Positions 1-9,754 of a stretch of DNA of 30,524 nucleotides are shown here, piece by piece. How positions within the stretch are numbered: position 1 is the stretch's first letter; every line of letters starts with the position of its first letter. A program made the position numbers and the translations under genes. Below the pieces are notes generated by a model, which saw nothing but the letters and a program-made list of their open reading frames with translations, made no database searches and was not told where the DNA came from. Origin of the DNA: Candidatus Bathyarchaeota archaeon (GTDB lineage: Archaea > Thermoproteota > Bathyarchaeia > TCS64); NCBI GenBank assembly GCA_963771885.1, contig CAVYVF010000003.1, positions 1-30,524 on the forward strand, in the 5' to 3' direction.

Positions 1-353
1 GGCAAGAAACAGTGGACGGACCATGCGAGGTACTTGCCAATCAGCAGTGTTGACCGTCTTACTGGGTTAGTGAATCCGATGAAGCAGGTTTTGTGTTCAA
101 GTTCTGAAGCGACAACGTCGCCGGCCAGAACGCAGGCAGCGATGCTAAGGTATAGGATGAAGAGGCTCGGCTGGAGTACCCAATTCAAGAAGGCCTCAGG
201 GTTCGCGAAGGAGGCATAACCCATGAGTATGATGGCGGCTGCTGAGGCGAGGATAAAGGCGGTCCATGCGATGGCTGCCTTGACCTTTCCACGCCTGCTG
301 AGCTTGAGCAACTCATAGGACGCGGTTGCACCCAGTTGGTTGAGGTAGTTCAT
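1..353 (-). CDS. ABC-2 type transporter permease (3' part runs off the window)
   Basis: ATG at 353, right after the ATPase stop. Hand translation gives MNYLNQLGATASYELLKLSRRGK..., hydrophobic segments, then GDVVASELEQNT...NPVRRSTLLIGKYLA, the typical ABC-2 permease motif. Confidence 0.85.
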   Translation of the reverse strand, partial: MNYLNQLGATASYELLKLSRRGKVKAAIAWTAFILASAAAIILMGYASFANPEAFLNWVLQPSLFILYLSIAACVLAGDVVASELEHKTCFIGFTNPVRRSTLLIGKYLAWSVHCFL

Positions 354-354
354 C

Positions 355-1283
355 TCAGCGAGCCTCCTCAACCAGACTAAGGTAGAGCTCCTCTAGAGCG
401 AGGGTGGACTGGAAAGACGTAAGCTGAAGGCCAACATCCTTTATCAAACTGGTCTGCATCGCCGCTCGGTCAGACTCGCTGCCCTCGAACCCTATAATGG
501 CGCCTTTCTCAGTGGTCTCGACAGTGCGTACGCCTGGGAATCCGCCGATGAGGGCTAGCTGATCCTTCGTCAACGGTTGTATGGTGTTAACGCTTATCCT
601 CTGCGACTTGAATAGGCTCTCGAGGCTATCGATGGTGTCATAGTTGATGAGCCTGCCTCCGTTGATGATGGCTACGCTGTCGCAGAGCTCCCTCACCTCG
701 TGAAGCATGTGGCTAGCCATGAATAGGGTCTTCCCGCCACGAACAAGCCCCTTGATGAGCTCGCGTATTTCGAATTGCCCCCGGGGATCCAGTCCCAGCG
801 CGGGCTCGTCGTAGATTAGAATATCTGGGTCGTGCAGGAGACTCTGAGCTATTCCAAGCCTCTGCTTCATGCCCCTGCTAAAACCGCCGATCCTCGTCCT
901 TTTCCACTTGGTCATATTGACGTCGGCTAGCACCTCATCGATTCGAGAGGGTATGCTTGAGGGTTTCACCCCCTGATCTTGGCTAGGTACCTGAATGTCT
1001 CATCTGGGGTCAGGTAGGGGTAGAACTCGGGGACCTCTACGAGTGCCCCGACGGATCCCAGGTGCTCGATGCCTCCGGGTTGGACTTCGATTCCGTTTAC
1101 GTAAGCCCTACCGCTGGTGGGCTTGATCAGGCTGCACAGGATCTTTATCGTGGTTGATTTGCCCGCCCCGTTGGGGCCTAGGAAACCCACTGATTGCCCC
1201 TTACGGATCGTGATGTTCAAGCTACTGAGCGCCTTTAATGGTCCGTAGCTCTTGGCTAGCTCTTCTGTGATTATTGCGTCCAT
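355..1283 (-). CDS. ABC transporter ATP-binding protein (frameshift near 965)
   Basis: Walker A GPNGAGKST in ORF 966..1283; signature FSRGMKQR, Walker B IYDEP and H-loop SH in ORF 355..969. Confidence 0.93.
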
Positions 1284-1434
1284 CCGGGTACAACCTCCAC
1301 TTCTTCGCTTTTTTGACTCATTTCAGGTCATGTGAGGCTGTGTGGTGGGGGCAGATTAGGGGGATTATGAATGGCTGATTGGTTTGGAGACTCGATGCTA
1401 AATTATTAGTATCAATTTCAGCAATATACATTTC

Positions 1435-2183
1435 ATGGAGAATCTCTGGAATCTTCTCTTCGAGCTCTCGAGCGAGGAACGAACCGGGATCCTTCTGGCC
1501 GTTAGGGCTGAGAGGATGAAGCTCACGGGGTTGGCTGAGCGGATGAGCTTCACTGCAACGGAGGCGTCGAGGCAGGTTCAGAGATTAAGCGAGGCGAAGC
1601 TGATTCAGAAGGATCCTGAGGGACTCTATACTATAACGAGGTATGGGGAGCTTTGCATCACGTTGTTGGAGAGTCTGAACTTCACATCCTCCAGCAGGGA
1701 ATATTTCCTGAACCACGACGCCTCGGTTCTGCCGCGTCAGTTCATTGGCAGGTTGGGGGACCTCGGCGGATGCGTTTACCAGGGTGATGTGATTACCAAC
1801 CTAGCGTATGACGAGGAGATGATGAAGTCTGCCGACAAATATGTTTGGGCTATGGCGGATCAGTTTCATTACAGTGCCCGCTCCATCGTTGTTGAGAAGA
1901 AAAAGTCTGGGGTGGAGTTAAGAACAATCTTACCCGAGACGGTTGTTCCTCCGCCAGGGTTCGTGCCGGCTGAGGGTGTGGCGAGGAGGCTGCTTCCGAG
2001 GGTTGATCTTCATCTCATCGTGACAGATAAGGAGGCCAACTTCGGCCTCGCATATGCCGATGGCAGGATGGATTATGGCATGTTCGTTGGCAAGGATGAG
2101 AGGTTCCGGGGCTGGTGCCACGACCTTTTCCAGTATTTTGGGAGAAGGCGAAGCCGATTGTTGGGCCTTTCCATGTGAAATGA
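1435..2183 (+). CDS. Archaeal winged-helix (ArsR-like) regulator with DUF1724-like C-terminal domain
   Basis: N-terminal LLFELSSEERTGILL...ASRQVQRLSEAKLI..GLYTITRYG, YFLNHD motif, C-terminal FRGWCHDLFQY. A probable indel near 2140 restores ...YFWEKAKP (stop at 2183). Confidence 0.85.
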
Positions 2184-2212
2184 GAACCCGCGCACGCCCT
2201 CTCATAGATCCT

Positions 2213-2296
2213 TCCCGCATCTAAATCCGACTTACCCATGTTTCTCCTATGGGAAATAGGGAAGGGTACTAAACTCTGAGCTTGGTGCGGGGGGAG
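2213..2296 (-). repeat. Imperfect ~85-bp direct repeat of 3162..3246 (tRNA-Leu 3' end, SD and integrase start); att-like remnant
   Basis: Hand alignment shows about 8-9 differences in 85 nt. It includes TGGTGCGGGGGGAG (tRNA 3' end on the minus strand), AGGAGA SD and ATG (MGKSDLDAG versus MWKADLDAG). Confidence 0.9.
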
Positions 2297-2363
2297 TGAC
2301 TTCACATTCAAGTTCAATTCCCTCACCATTTTTACATCACTTCAGGGACCAATAATCCCTAAT

Positions 2364-2383
2364 TAAATGGTGCCATTTCTAGT
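2364..2383. repeat. 20-bp near-palindromic site, copy 1 (TAAATGGTGCCATTTCTAGT)
   Basis: 18/20 identical to 2969..2988; core AAATGG-TG-CCATTT is dyad symmetric. Confidence 0.8.
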
Positions 2384-2410
2384 TATTATAAACTATGGGG
2401 CTTGAGGGGT

Positions 2411-2923
2411 TTACTCTTCGTAAAACATCTCCGAATACCTAACAGTGCCACCGACGCCCCTCAACCCTCCATCAACCTCATACACCATAAAAGACTCATC
2501 AGGCACCGGAAAAGGCGACTTCAACCCCTTCGAGGATGCGGAGACAAACCCAAACCTCGGATAATAACCGGCGTGCCCAATGACAACCACAACCTTATGA
2601 CCGAGACGCATACACTCCCTCAAACCCTCCCTGACGAGAGTTGAGCCGATTCCCTTCCCCTGATACTCTGGGAGAACTGCCATCGGCGCTAACGCTATTG
2701 CGGGTATCTCCATATTCTTCGCTTCGATTGAGATTTTACTGAAAAGTATGTGACCGAGTATGCTGCCGCTTTCCTCCGCGACGATTGAAAGGCCAGGGAT
2801 ATAGTATTCGCTGCTTCGGATGGCGTCAACGAGTTTCGCCTCCACTTCGCCTCCAAACGCTGTTTTGTTCAGCTCATAGATGGCTTCGTAATCGCCTTTT
2901 TTCTCAGGTCGAATCTTTAGCAT
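2411..2923 (-). CDS. GNAT family N-acetyltransferase (YhbS-like)
   Basis: IRPE start, LAPMAVLPEYQGKGIGSTL acetyl-CoA motif, VIGHAGYYPRFGF. Confidence 0.93.
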   Translation of the reverse strand: MLKIRPEKKGDYEAIYELNKTAFGGEVEAKLVDAIRSSEYYIPGLSIVAEESGSILGHILFSKISIEAKNMEIPAIALAPMAVLPEYQGKGIGSTLVREGLRECMRLGHKVVVVIGHAGYYPRFGFVSASSKGLKSPFPVPDESFMVYEVDGGLRGVGGTVRYSEMFYEE

Positions 2924-2968
2924 CGAAATCGAAAATACTACTCATCATAATGATATAACAACATCTGA

Positions 2969-2988
2969 TAAATGGTGCCATTCTTAGT
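2969..2988. repeat. 20-bp near-palindromic site, copy 2 (TAAATGGTGCCATTCTTAGT)
   Basis: Direct repeat of 2364..2383; coincides with the end of the integrase remnant. Confidence 0.8.
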
Positions 2989-3188
2989 ACGAGTTTCTGC
3001 TGAGGACCGTGATATGGTTGATGTATTCGGACCCTCTCCTTACTGATGCCCTCAGCAAGAAGATTGTTATCATATCTGCCTATGTCTTTCTTATCGTCTG
3101 GATGGATGTCTGTTGCTGAGTCTAGGCGTTTGAGTGCCAGCTCAAAATTTCTACTTGTTTCTCCCGCATCTAAATCCGCCTTCCACAT
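2985..3188 (-). pseudogene. Truncated tyrosine recombinase/integrase N-terminus
   Basis: MWKADLDAG...FELALKRLDSATDIHPDDKKDIGRYDNNLLAEGISKERV, continuing after a frame change as YINHITVLSRNSY*. Resembles N-terminal SAM-like domains of archaeal integrases and lies directly downstream of a tRNA 3' end. No catalytic domain is present. Confidence 0.7.
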
Positions 3189-3232
3189 GTTTCTCCTAGG
3201 AAGAAATAGGGAAGGGCACTGAACTCGGAGCT

Positions 3233-3318
3233 TGGTGCGGGGGGAGGGATTCGAACCCTCGAAAGCCTGAGCTAGGGGATCTTGAGTCCCGCCCCTTTGG
3301 CCACTTGGGAACCCCCGC
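3233..3318 (-). tRNA. tRNA-Leu(CAA), intronless, CCA encoded
   Basis: Acceptor GCGGGGG/CCCCCGC-ACCA, anticodon loop CT-CAA-GA, variable arm AGC-TCAG-GCT, T arm GAGGG-TTCGAAT-CCCTC. TATA-like TTTTAAG lies about 25-32 nt upstream. Confidence 0.97.
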
Positions 3319-3595
3319 CCCGCAGAAGATACGAGGCATAGCCCTTAAAACCTATTCGAAAATAAATCTCACATAACGCAGGACGATTCGCTGAGATTAG
3401 GAAGCCTAAACATTGGGGATAACATTGTCCTGGCACTCGGTTAACCTATACTTCGCCTCAGCAACGTCTTTAGCTGGACGGCACCAGATTATCATGTGTT
3501 CTAACCCCAAGCGCGCTGGTCGTCGTTTTTTCGACTATGTGGCACTGTTTATTGAAATTTTTAATACCAGTTTGAACCATTCTTAAGCGATTCTC

Positions 3596-4919
3596 ATGGA
3601 TCTTCTGGAGACCTATCATAAGCTAAATCCCAAATCGAGAAGTATGTATGAGAGGGCCTGCAAGAGCCTCCCAAGCGGAATCACGAGGAACGTATTGTAT
3701 ACGCCCCCGTTTCCAATCTATATGGCCCGCGGAGAAAAGTCTCGGCTGTATGATGTAGATGGAAACGAGAGAATCGATTTCAACTTTAATAACACGACGC
3801 TGATACTCGGTCACAATCACCCCAAAGTATTCAGAGCTGCCCGCCAGCAGCATGAGAGGGGAACCGTACTAGGGGCACCCACAGAGGCTGAGGTAGCCCT
3901 AGCCGAGGAGATTCTAAGCAGATTAAACGCTGAGAGGCTCAGGTTTACACCAAGTGGGACCGAGGCTAACATCCAGGCAATCAGACTTGCTAGAAGTTAC
4001 TCGGGTCGAGACATGATCGCGAAGTGCGAAGGCGCCTACCACGGCTCATGGGATACCGTGGACATCAGCGTCGCACCGCCCCTCAGCAAAGCGGGCTCAG
4101 CCAAGGCCCCCCTCTCGGTTCCCCAGAATGAGGGGGTGCCGAGGGGCGTACTTGAAAACACAATTATCATACCATTTAACGACGCCGAGGCAGCTGAGAA
4201 GATCATTAAAGAAGCATAAGAATGAGCTAGCCGCCGTGGTCTTAGAGCCTGTTCAGAGGGACACGCCGCCAGCGCCGGGCTTCCTTGAGGGTCTGAGGGA
4301 GATTACTCAGAGATACGGGGTACTCCTGATCTTTGACGAGGTGATCTCCTTTAGGCTGAGCCCGGGAGGCGCCCAGAAGTATTACGGGGTCAAGCCTGAC
4401 ATCACCTCGATGGGCAAGATCATAGGAGGCGGATTCCCGGTTGGAGCCTACGCCTCATCCGAGGAGGTGATGAAGCCTCTCATGATTCCAAATTCGGAGT
4501 TCCCCAGCGTTGGTCAGGCGAGGCTCGGATTCTCAGGCACCTTCAACGCCCACCCAATCACTATGGCGGCTGGCCTCGCAACGCTGAAGGAGCTGAAGCC
4601 ATCAGTCTATACCCGAATGGATAAAACCGCCGAATCTATGCGTAAGGGACTGGTAAAACTACTCGAGGCTAGGAAGCTACCCTACCAAGTCACTGGGGTT
4701 GGCTCATTCTTCCACATCGACTGGACGAAGGAGAAGGTCACAAACTATAGGTCAGCGGCTACCGAGGATCGGAAGATTAGCCGCGTCTTCTCAACAGAGC
4801 TGATGAATAGGGGGGTTTTCATGTGGGGTCACCCCAATGTTTCAGCGGTCACCACAGCTAATGATGTTCAGTTGGCCCTGGAAGCCGTTGAGAGAAGCCT
4901 CGACTCCATGTTCCCCTAA
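3596..4919 (+). CDS. Class III PLP aminotransferase, glutamate-1-semialdehyde aminomutase-like (frameshift near 4210)
   Basis: SGTEAN, GAYHG, LIFDEVISFR, GKIIGGGFPVGA (PLP lysine) and SGTFN motifs across ORFs 3596..4219 and 4128..4919. Confidence 0.9.
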
Positions 4920-5065
4920 AACCCTTTGACAAGTTTGTCAGAGGTAACGTACTCTCGCTGCGCGCGCGCACTACAACACCTAGTCTAAGCAACTCTTCAA
5001 CCACCCTCCCAGGAATCGCGCACGCGCATTCGAAAGCGAGCCAATTCTCCTTAACTGGGGGTCCC

Positions 5066-6679
5066 TTAGGGAATATTTTGATAGAGTACTTTTCCTCCAA
5101 CAATCGTCATCAGGTTCTTAACCTCCTTCAACTGCTCCCTTGGGATCCTCAATGGGTCCCTGTCGACGACGCATATGTCGGCGAGTTTCCCCGCCTCGAT
5201 GCTTCCCTTGATACCCTCCTCCCAGGAAGCATAGGCTCCATCGATCGAGTATGCTCTAATAGCCTCTAAGGGGGTGATCGCCTCCCTCGAGTAGAGGATC
5301 TGGCCGCTGCTCGTCTTCCTCGTGACTAGGCTGTAGATTCCGAGCCAGGGATTCGGGTCACATATGCTTGCATCGCTGTGTCCCGGGGCCGGTATGCCTT
5401 GATCAATCAGGCTTCTGTGAGGCCACATGTACCGCATCTCATCCTTTCCCCGGTTTTTCAGGTAAGCGTCACCTAGGTCATGGAGGAAACCAGATGCTGA
5501 AGCGTCTATTACCCCTAGTTCCTTCAGCCTCTTCTGAATAGGCGGGGTAACCGCGCAGCAGTGCTCTATCCTGTGGCGGTGATCAGGCCTCGGCTCCTCC
5601 CTCAGCGCGGCCTCAATCGCGTCGAGGGCTCTGTCTATCCCGCGGTCGCCAACCCCGTCTAACCCCACTCGTATCCCCGCCCCGTGCGCCTTCCTGACCC
5701 TCTCCGTGATGTCCTCCTGATCGTACAGGAGTATGCCCGTGTTGTTCGGCTCGCCGACGTAGGGCTTGTAGTAGGCGGCCGTCCTACCGCTTGTGCTGGT
5801 GTCGAAGACCCACTCAGCCGCCGTGACTTTGAGCCACTCGTCCCCGAAGGGCGTCTGGAGACCCATCGCGACAGCGCCCTCAACCATCCCGACGTCTCTT
5901 CCGCTGATGTGGACCGCGGTCCTGACCGGTAGCTTTCCCTCCCTCTTGAGCCTCTGCATCGCCTTGAACTCGTTTGGTGAAACCATGCTGGCGTGTATGC
6001 TTGTTAATCCGAGCTTGAGGCACTCCTGGTATACAATCTGCAGGCCTCGGTAGAACTCGTCCTCAGTGTAGGGGGGTATCTTGTGGTAGACGAGGTCCTT
6101 GGCTGACTCCCTGAGCAGGCCGGTGAGCTCTCCCTTCTCATCGTGCTCGATCTTGCCGTGGTGGGGGTCAGCCGTTTCCCTCGTGATCCCGGCTATGTTT
6201 AGCGCGTGAGTGTTTGCGACTCCGTTATGGCCGTCCCTCCTCTGAATGTATAGCGGGTTATCTGGCGCGGCCTCGTCCAGCTCCTTCAGGGTTGGGTACC
6301 TGCCCATCTTCACATCATCGAGTCTATAGCCGAGGATCCAGTTCCCCGCCGGAGTCTCAGAGGCTTTTCGCCTCACCGCGCCTAGCATCTCCTCGACGCT
6401 CGTAAACATGGGGCCGCAGGCTACTCCTCTAATGAGGTATGCCCCCCAGCTTCCCCCGGGGTGCATGTGGCTGTCGATGAGCCCAGGCAGAACCGTCAGG
6501 CCACCTAGCTCGATTACCTTGGTTCTGGGCCCAATGAATCTCTTTACTTGATTATTCGTTCCAACTTTCAGGATTTTGCCATCTCTTATCGCCACCGCCT
6601 TCGCAATCCGGTTTTGGCCATCCAGAGTGATTACCTTACCACTGAGGAGAGCGATGTCAGCCTGGTTTTCGCCCAACAA
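5066..6679 (-). CDS. Amidohydrolase 3 family, YtcJ-like metal-dependent hydrolase
   Basis: PGLIDSHMH, RDGH, RHRIEHC, HSD, KGSIEAGKLAD. Confidence 0.93.
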   Translation of the reverse strand: MLGENQADIALLSGKVITLDGQNRIAKAVAIRDGKILKVGTNNQVKRFIGPRTKVIELGGLTVLPGLIDSHMHPGGSWGAYLIRGVACGPMFTSVEEMLGAVRRKASETPAGNWILGYRLDDVKMGRYPTLKELDEAAPDNPLYIQRRDGHNGVANTHALNIAGITRETADPHHGKIEHDEKGELTGLLRESAKDLVYHKIPPYTEDEFYRGLQIVYQECLKLGLTSIHASMVSPNEFKAMQRLKREGKLPVRTAVHISGRDVGMVEGAVAMGLQTPFGDEWLKVTAAEWVFDTSTSGRTAAYYKPYVGEPNNTGILLYDQEDITERVRKAHGAGIRVGLDGVGDRGIDRALDAIEAALREEPRPDHRHRIEHCCAVTPPIQKRLKELGVIDASASGFLHDLGDAYLKNRGKDEMRYMWPHRSLIDQGIPAPGHSDASICDPNPWLGIYSLVTRKTSSGQILYSREAITPLEAIRAYSIDGAYASWEEGIKGSIEAGKLADICVVDRDPLRIPREQLKEVKNLMTIVGGKVLYQNIP

Positions 6680-6818
6680 TCTTAGTCAGAGGTCCCTGAA
6701 GCGCATCAATATTTAACAACATTCACTATTAACGCGTGCGCGGAGACACACAGAGTAGGAAATGGATTCAGTAATGAACTTTAAAAAAATACCGAAATAA
6801 TGGTCGTTGCGCCACTAT

Positions 6819-6854
6819 GTTTACATTTTAATACAAATGTATACTATTGTATTC
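6819..6854. promoter_or_regulatory. Operator array of four GTATAC-like hexamers at exact 10-bp period
   Basis: GTTTAC(6819)-attt-TAATAC(6829)-aaat-GTATAC(6839)-tatt-GTATTC(6849), in the divergent spacer upstream of the RHH gene. Confidence 0.7.
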
Positions 6855-6923
6855 TCTAAACTTGACTCTGTTAATAAAGAGTGAGATTAAATATTCGCTT
6901 ATTCATAAATATTATCGATTATC

Positions 6924-7446
6924 TTGACCAAAAAAACGAGTCAGTCAGTAGTTCGAACTCTGAGACTCGACCGGGATCTAAATGATTACCTGGTTCAGGA
7001 GGCCAAGAAGTCAAACATATCCATCTCTGCCCTAGCGTCGGAGATTTTCACATCCTACAGGGATAAGTACCGCTTTGTAGAGAAAATGAATCCTGTCGCT
7101 ATCACGCCGGGAAATCTAGCCCTATTCTTAGAATGCATAAGAGACGAGGACCTGCAACAAATAGCTCCCAAATTAGCTTCGAAGCTGTGCCTCTATCACC
7201 AAGCATGTCTTCGATCCTGGAAATTTCAAGACGGATCTCGACTGGTGCCTTACCAACCTTCTCCCCACATGCCACTGGTTTACATGTAACAGATCGGCTG
7301 AGAGTTACATGATAACCCACAATATGGGTCCAAAGTGGACGACATTCCTTACAAAGTTCCTTTCAAGCCTTATATCCGCGGAAACTGGGAAAACTCCCAT
7401 CGTCGAAGTGGACAATGAGATCATCCTCGTAAAGAAGTGGAACTAG
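6924..7446 (+). CDS. Ribbon-helix-helix regulator with C-terminal NitrOD5/V4R-like domain, paralog 1 (frameshift near 7190)
   Basis: VVRTLRLDRDLNDYLVQEAKKSNISISALASEIF is RHH-like. The shifted frame continues ...DWCLTNLLPTCHWFTCN..YMITHNMGPKWTTFLTKFLSSLISAETGK..* and aligns with 9033..9590. Confidence 0.75.
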
Positions 7447-7489
7447 CGGTTCCCCAACCGTCTGAGCTCATATCCCTATGAAATTATTC

Positions 7490-7505
7490 GTATACATTTG
7501 TAAAC
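7490..7505. promoter_or_regulatory. Operator GTATAC-ATTT-GTAAAC upstream of the microprotein/patB unit
   Basis: The reverse complement of 7489..7507 matches 12309..12327 at 18/19. TATA-like TTTTATAA at about 7527. Confidence 0.7.
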
Positions 7506-7577
7506 ATCCATGATTTATGTTGGAAATTTTATAAAATAACCTGGAAGCCCCGGTGTAACTGATAGTAGGTGATGTTG

Positions 7578-7733
7578 ATGCAAGTGATTGAGGAGGCTAA
7601 AAGGAATTCTTCGGGCACATATCCCCCACCCTTCAGATGTGAGTCGTACTGGATCAAGGCGTGCAACGTAAAGGACGCATCGCTTTGCCTGGAGTGCAGG
7701 GAGAACCTCTACCTCGAGCGAGCCAAGAGCTAG
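7578..7733 (+). CDS. Cys4 microprotein (51 aa), paralog 1, unannotated
   Basis: AGGTGA SD at 7567. MQVIEEAKRNSSGTYPPPFRCESYWIKACNVKDASLCLECRENLYLERAKS*, with the same C-x7-C-x7-C-x2-C motif as 19342..19479. Confidence 0.85.
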   Translation: MQVIEEAKRNSSGTYPPPFRCESYWIKACNVKDASLCLECRENLYLERAKS

Positions 7734-7780
7734 ATAGCCTCTTATCCCGAGAAACTACTTCAAACCGAGTTGAACCTAAG

Positions 7781-8955
7781 ATGATCTATGACTTTGATAC
7801 AGTGATCGATAGAACAAAGTCCAGCTCCGTAAAGTGGAGCTTTAGGAAGGAGAGAACCGGGGTTCCGGACATCCTCCCAATGTGGATAGCCGACATGGAC
7901 TTCGTATGCGCCCCGGAGATCGTTGATGCGCTGAAGGAGCGCGTCGCATTCCCTATCTACGGGTACACGGAGAGGACACCCGGTTATTATAACGGCCTCA
8001 TCAACTGGATGAGTAGGCGACACGGCTGGAACGGAATAAAGAAGGAGTGGATCCTGTTCACGCCCGGCGTCGTCGCGGGATTCAACTTCGCGGTCCAAGC
8101 CTACTCTCATCCCGGGGACAAGATAATCATACAGCCCCCCTGCTACTACCCCTTCTTTGACGCCATCGTCAACAACGGCCGAAGGATAGTCGAAAACCCC
8201 CTCAAGGTCGTAGATGGCGGCTACGTGATGGACTATGAGGACCTTGAGAGCAAGATCGATGGCAGAACGAGGATGATAATACTCTGCAGCCCACATAACC
8301 CGGTTGGCCGCGTCTGGAAAAGAGGGGAGCTTGAGAAACTCGTCGAAGTTTGCGAGAGGAAAGACATCGTCATACTCTCCGATGAGATCCATAACGATCT
8401 GATCATAGGCGACATGAAGCACGTACCGACCGCGACGATCTCCGAAGAGGCTATGAGGAGGACGGTCACGCTCGTGGCGACGAGTAAAACCTTCAACTTG
8501 CAGGCCTCACAAACTCTAACGTAGTAATACCCGACAAGAGGCTGAGAGAAGAGTTCCAGAACGTTGTAGAGAATAACCGCACCAAGAACACGAACATCTT
8601 CGGCATAGTTGCGCAGGAGGCTGCGTATGCGAATGGCGAGCCATGGCTTGAGGCACTCCTAACATATCTAAGGGGGAATTATCAGTACCTTAAGGAGTAC
8701 CTGGCAACGAAGTTGCCCCAACTGAAATTATACCCTCTTGAGGGAACTTATCTCCCCTGGATCGACTGTAGCGCTCTCGGCATGAACGACAAGGAGCTGA
8801 GCGAGTTCATGCTCAAGAAAGCAAAATTGTGGCTGGATGATGGAATACTGTTTGGGTACGGCGGCTCGATGTTCATGAGGCTTAACATTGCGTGTCCCAA
8901 GAGCATTCTACGAGAAGCGCTAGAGAGACTTGAGAAAGCGATAAGTGACTCCTAG
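7781..8955 (+). CDS. patB: MalY/PatB family PLP-dependent C-S lyase (frameshift near 8500)
   Basis: MIYDFDTVIDR, SVKW, PMWIADMDF, LCSPHNPVGRVW, SDEIHND, SKTFNL(AG), EGTYLPWIDC, FMRLNIACP. Confidence 0.92.
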
Positions 8956-9020
8956 AATCCCTGCCTGAGAAGAAGGATGGCTATAACGCCCGATAATTGG
9001 GAGTAACCTGCTTGAACTCC

Positions 9021-9027
9021 TTTTTTT
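9021..9027 (+). terminator. Oligo-T archaeal terminator candidate after patB
   Basis: T7 tract in the convergent spacer. Confidence 0.4.
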
Positions 9028-9032
9028 AGTGA

Positions 9033-9590
9033 CTAAGCCTTAGTGACAACATTACCTGGGCTGTCACCGATTTTTAGGGTTAATTTCTCTGCGTCTGATT
9101 CGATGAAGGCTGGTTGCCCGGTTTCGATTATGATCAGAGACGATATGAAACCTGTCAGGAATCTGCTCCATTTGTCGCCGAGTTCGTGTGTTAGGACATA
9201 GATATTGTTTGAAGCTTGGCATCGGAACCAGCCGGAGGTAGGTAATACTTCTGTTAGGCAGTAGCGTATCGAGTCCTCGGCTTTACGGTTGTTGAAGACA
9301 TATTGGGCATATTTGTGGAACCTCGAGGCTTCCTTGGCTCCAATCTCCCCCAGTTCGGCCTCTGTCAGAAATTCTAGTAAGGAGGATAACGCGTCTTTGT
9401 ACATGGCAACGGGCTTAACGGATTCGTACCTGCTGACGACATCTCTATATGAGTCTAGGATATTGATGGCGTAATCCTGTGTTGATAAATTGGCTTTTTT
9501 TGCTTCATTATTTAGGTGTGCATCTAATCCTTTCTCTAGTCTAATTGCTTTGACCAGCGTGTCTCTATTTCTTTTATCCGACGTGTTCAA
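9033..9590 (-). CDS. Ribbon-helix-helix regulator with NitrOD5/V4R-like domain, paralog 2
   Basis: TLVKAIRLEKGLDAHLNNEAKKANLS; THELGDKWSRFLTGFISSLIIIETG; colinear with 6924..7446. Confidence 0.8.
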   Translation of the reverse strand: MNTSDKRNRDTLVKAIRLEKGLDAHLNNEAKKANLSTQDYAINILDSYRDVVSRYESVKPVAMYKDALSSLLEFLTEAELGEIGAKEASRFHKYAQYVFNNRKAEDSIRYCLTEVLPTSGWFRCQASNNIYVLTHELGDKWSRFLTGFISSLIIIETGQPAFIESDAEKLTLKIGDSPGNVVTKA

Positions 9591-9754
9591 CTAAGGCTCT
9601 ATTGTCAATTACTATTACTTAATTTTTATGATCAGAGATGTGCGCACGGAAGGTATACTTCTTTATAGAAACATGATTCTATACTGGTGGATGTGTATCC
9701 TAAAACTCACTAGAATACGCGCATGGTGCTAGCACGTCTAAACCTTGCATTTAA

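Noticed and set aside
3596..4919. Calling this gene hemL
   Set aside because: It is GSA-aminomutase-like, but there are no tetrapyrrole genes nearby and such paralogs often act on other substrates.
4922..4945. Hairpin TGACA-AGTT-TGTCA between convergent genes
   Set aside because: Short stem, single occurrence, no U-tract; function cannot be supported.
7661..7780. N-terminal extension of the patB ORF from GTG 7661
   Set aside because: It overlaps the Cys4 microprotein in another frame; family homology begins at MIYDFD (7781).
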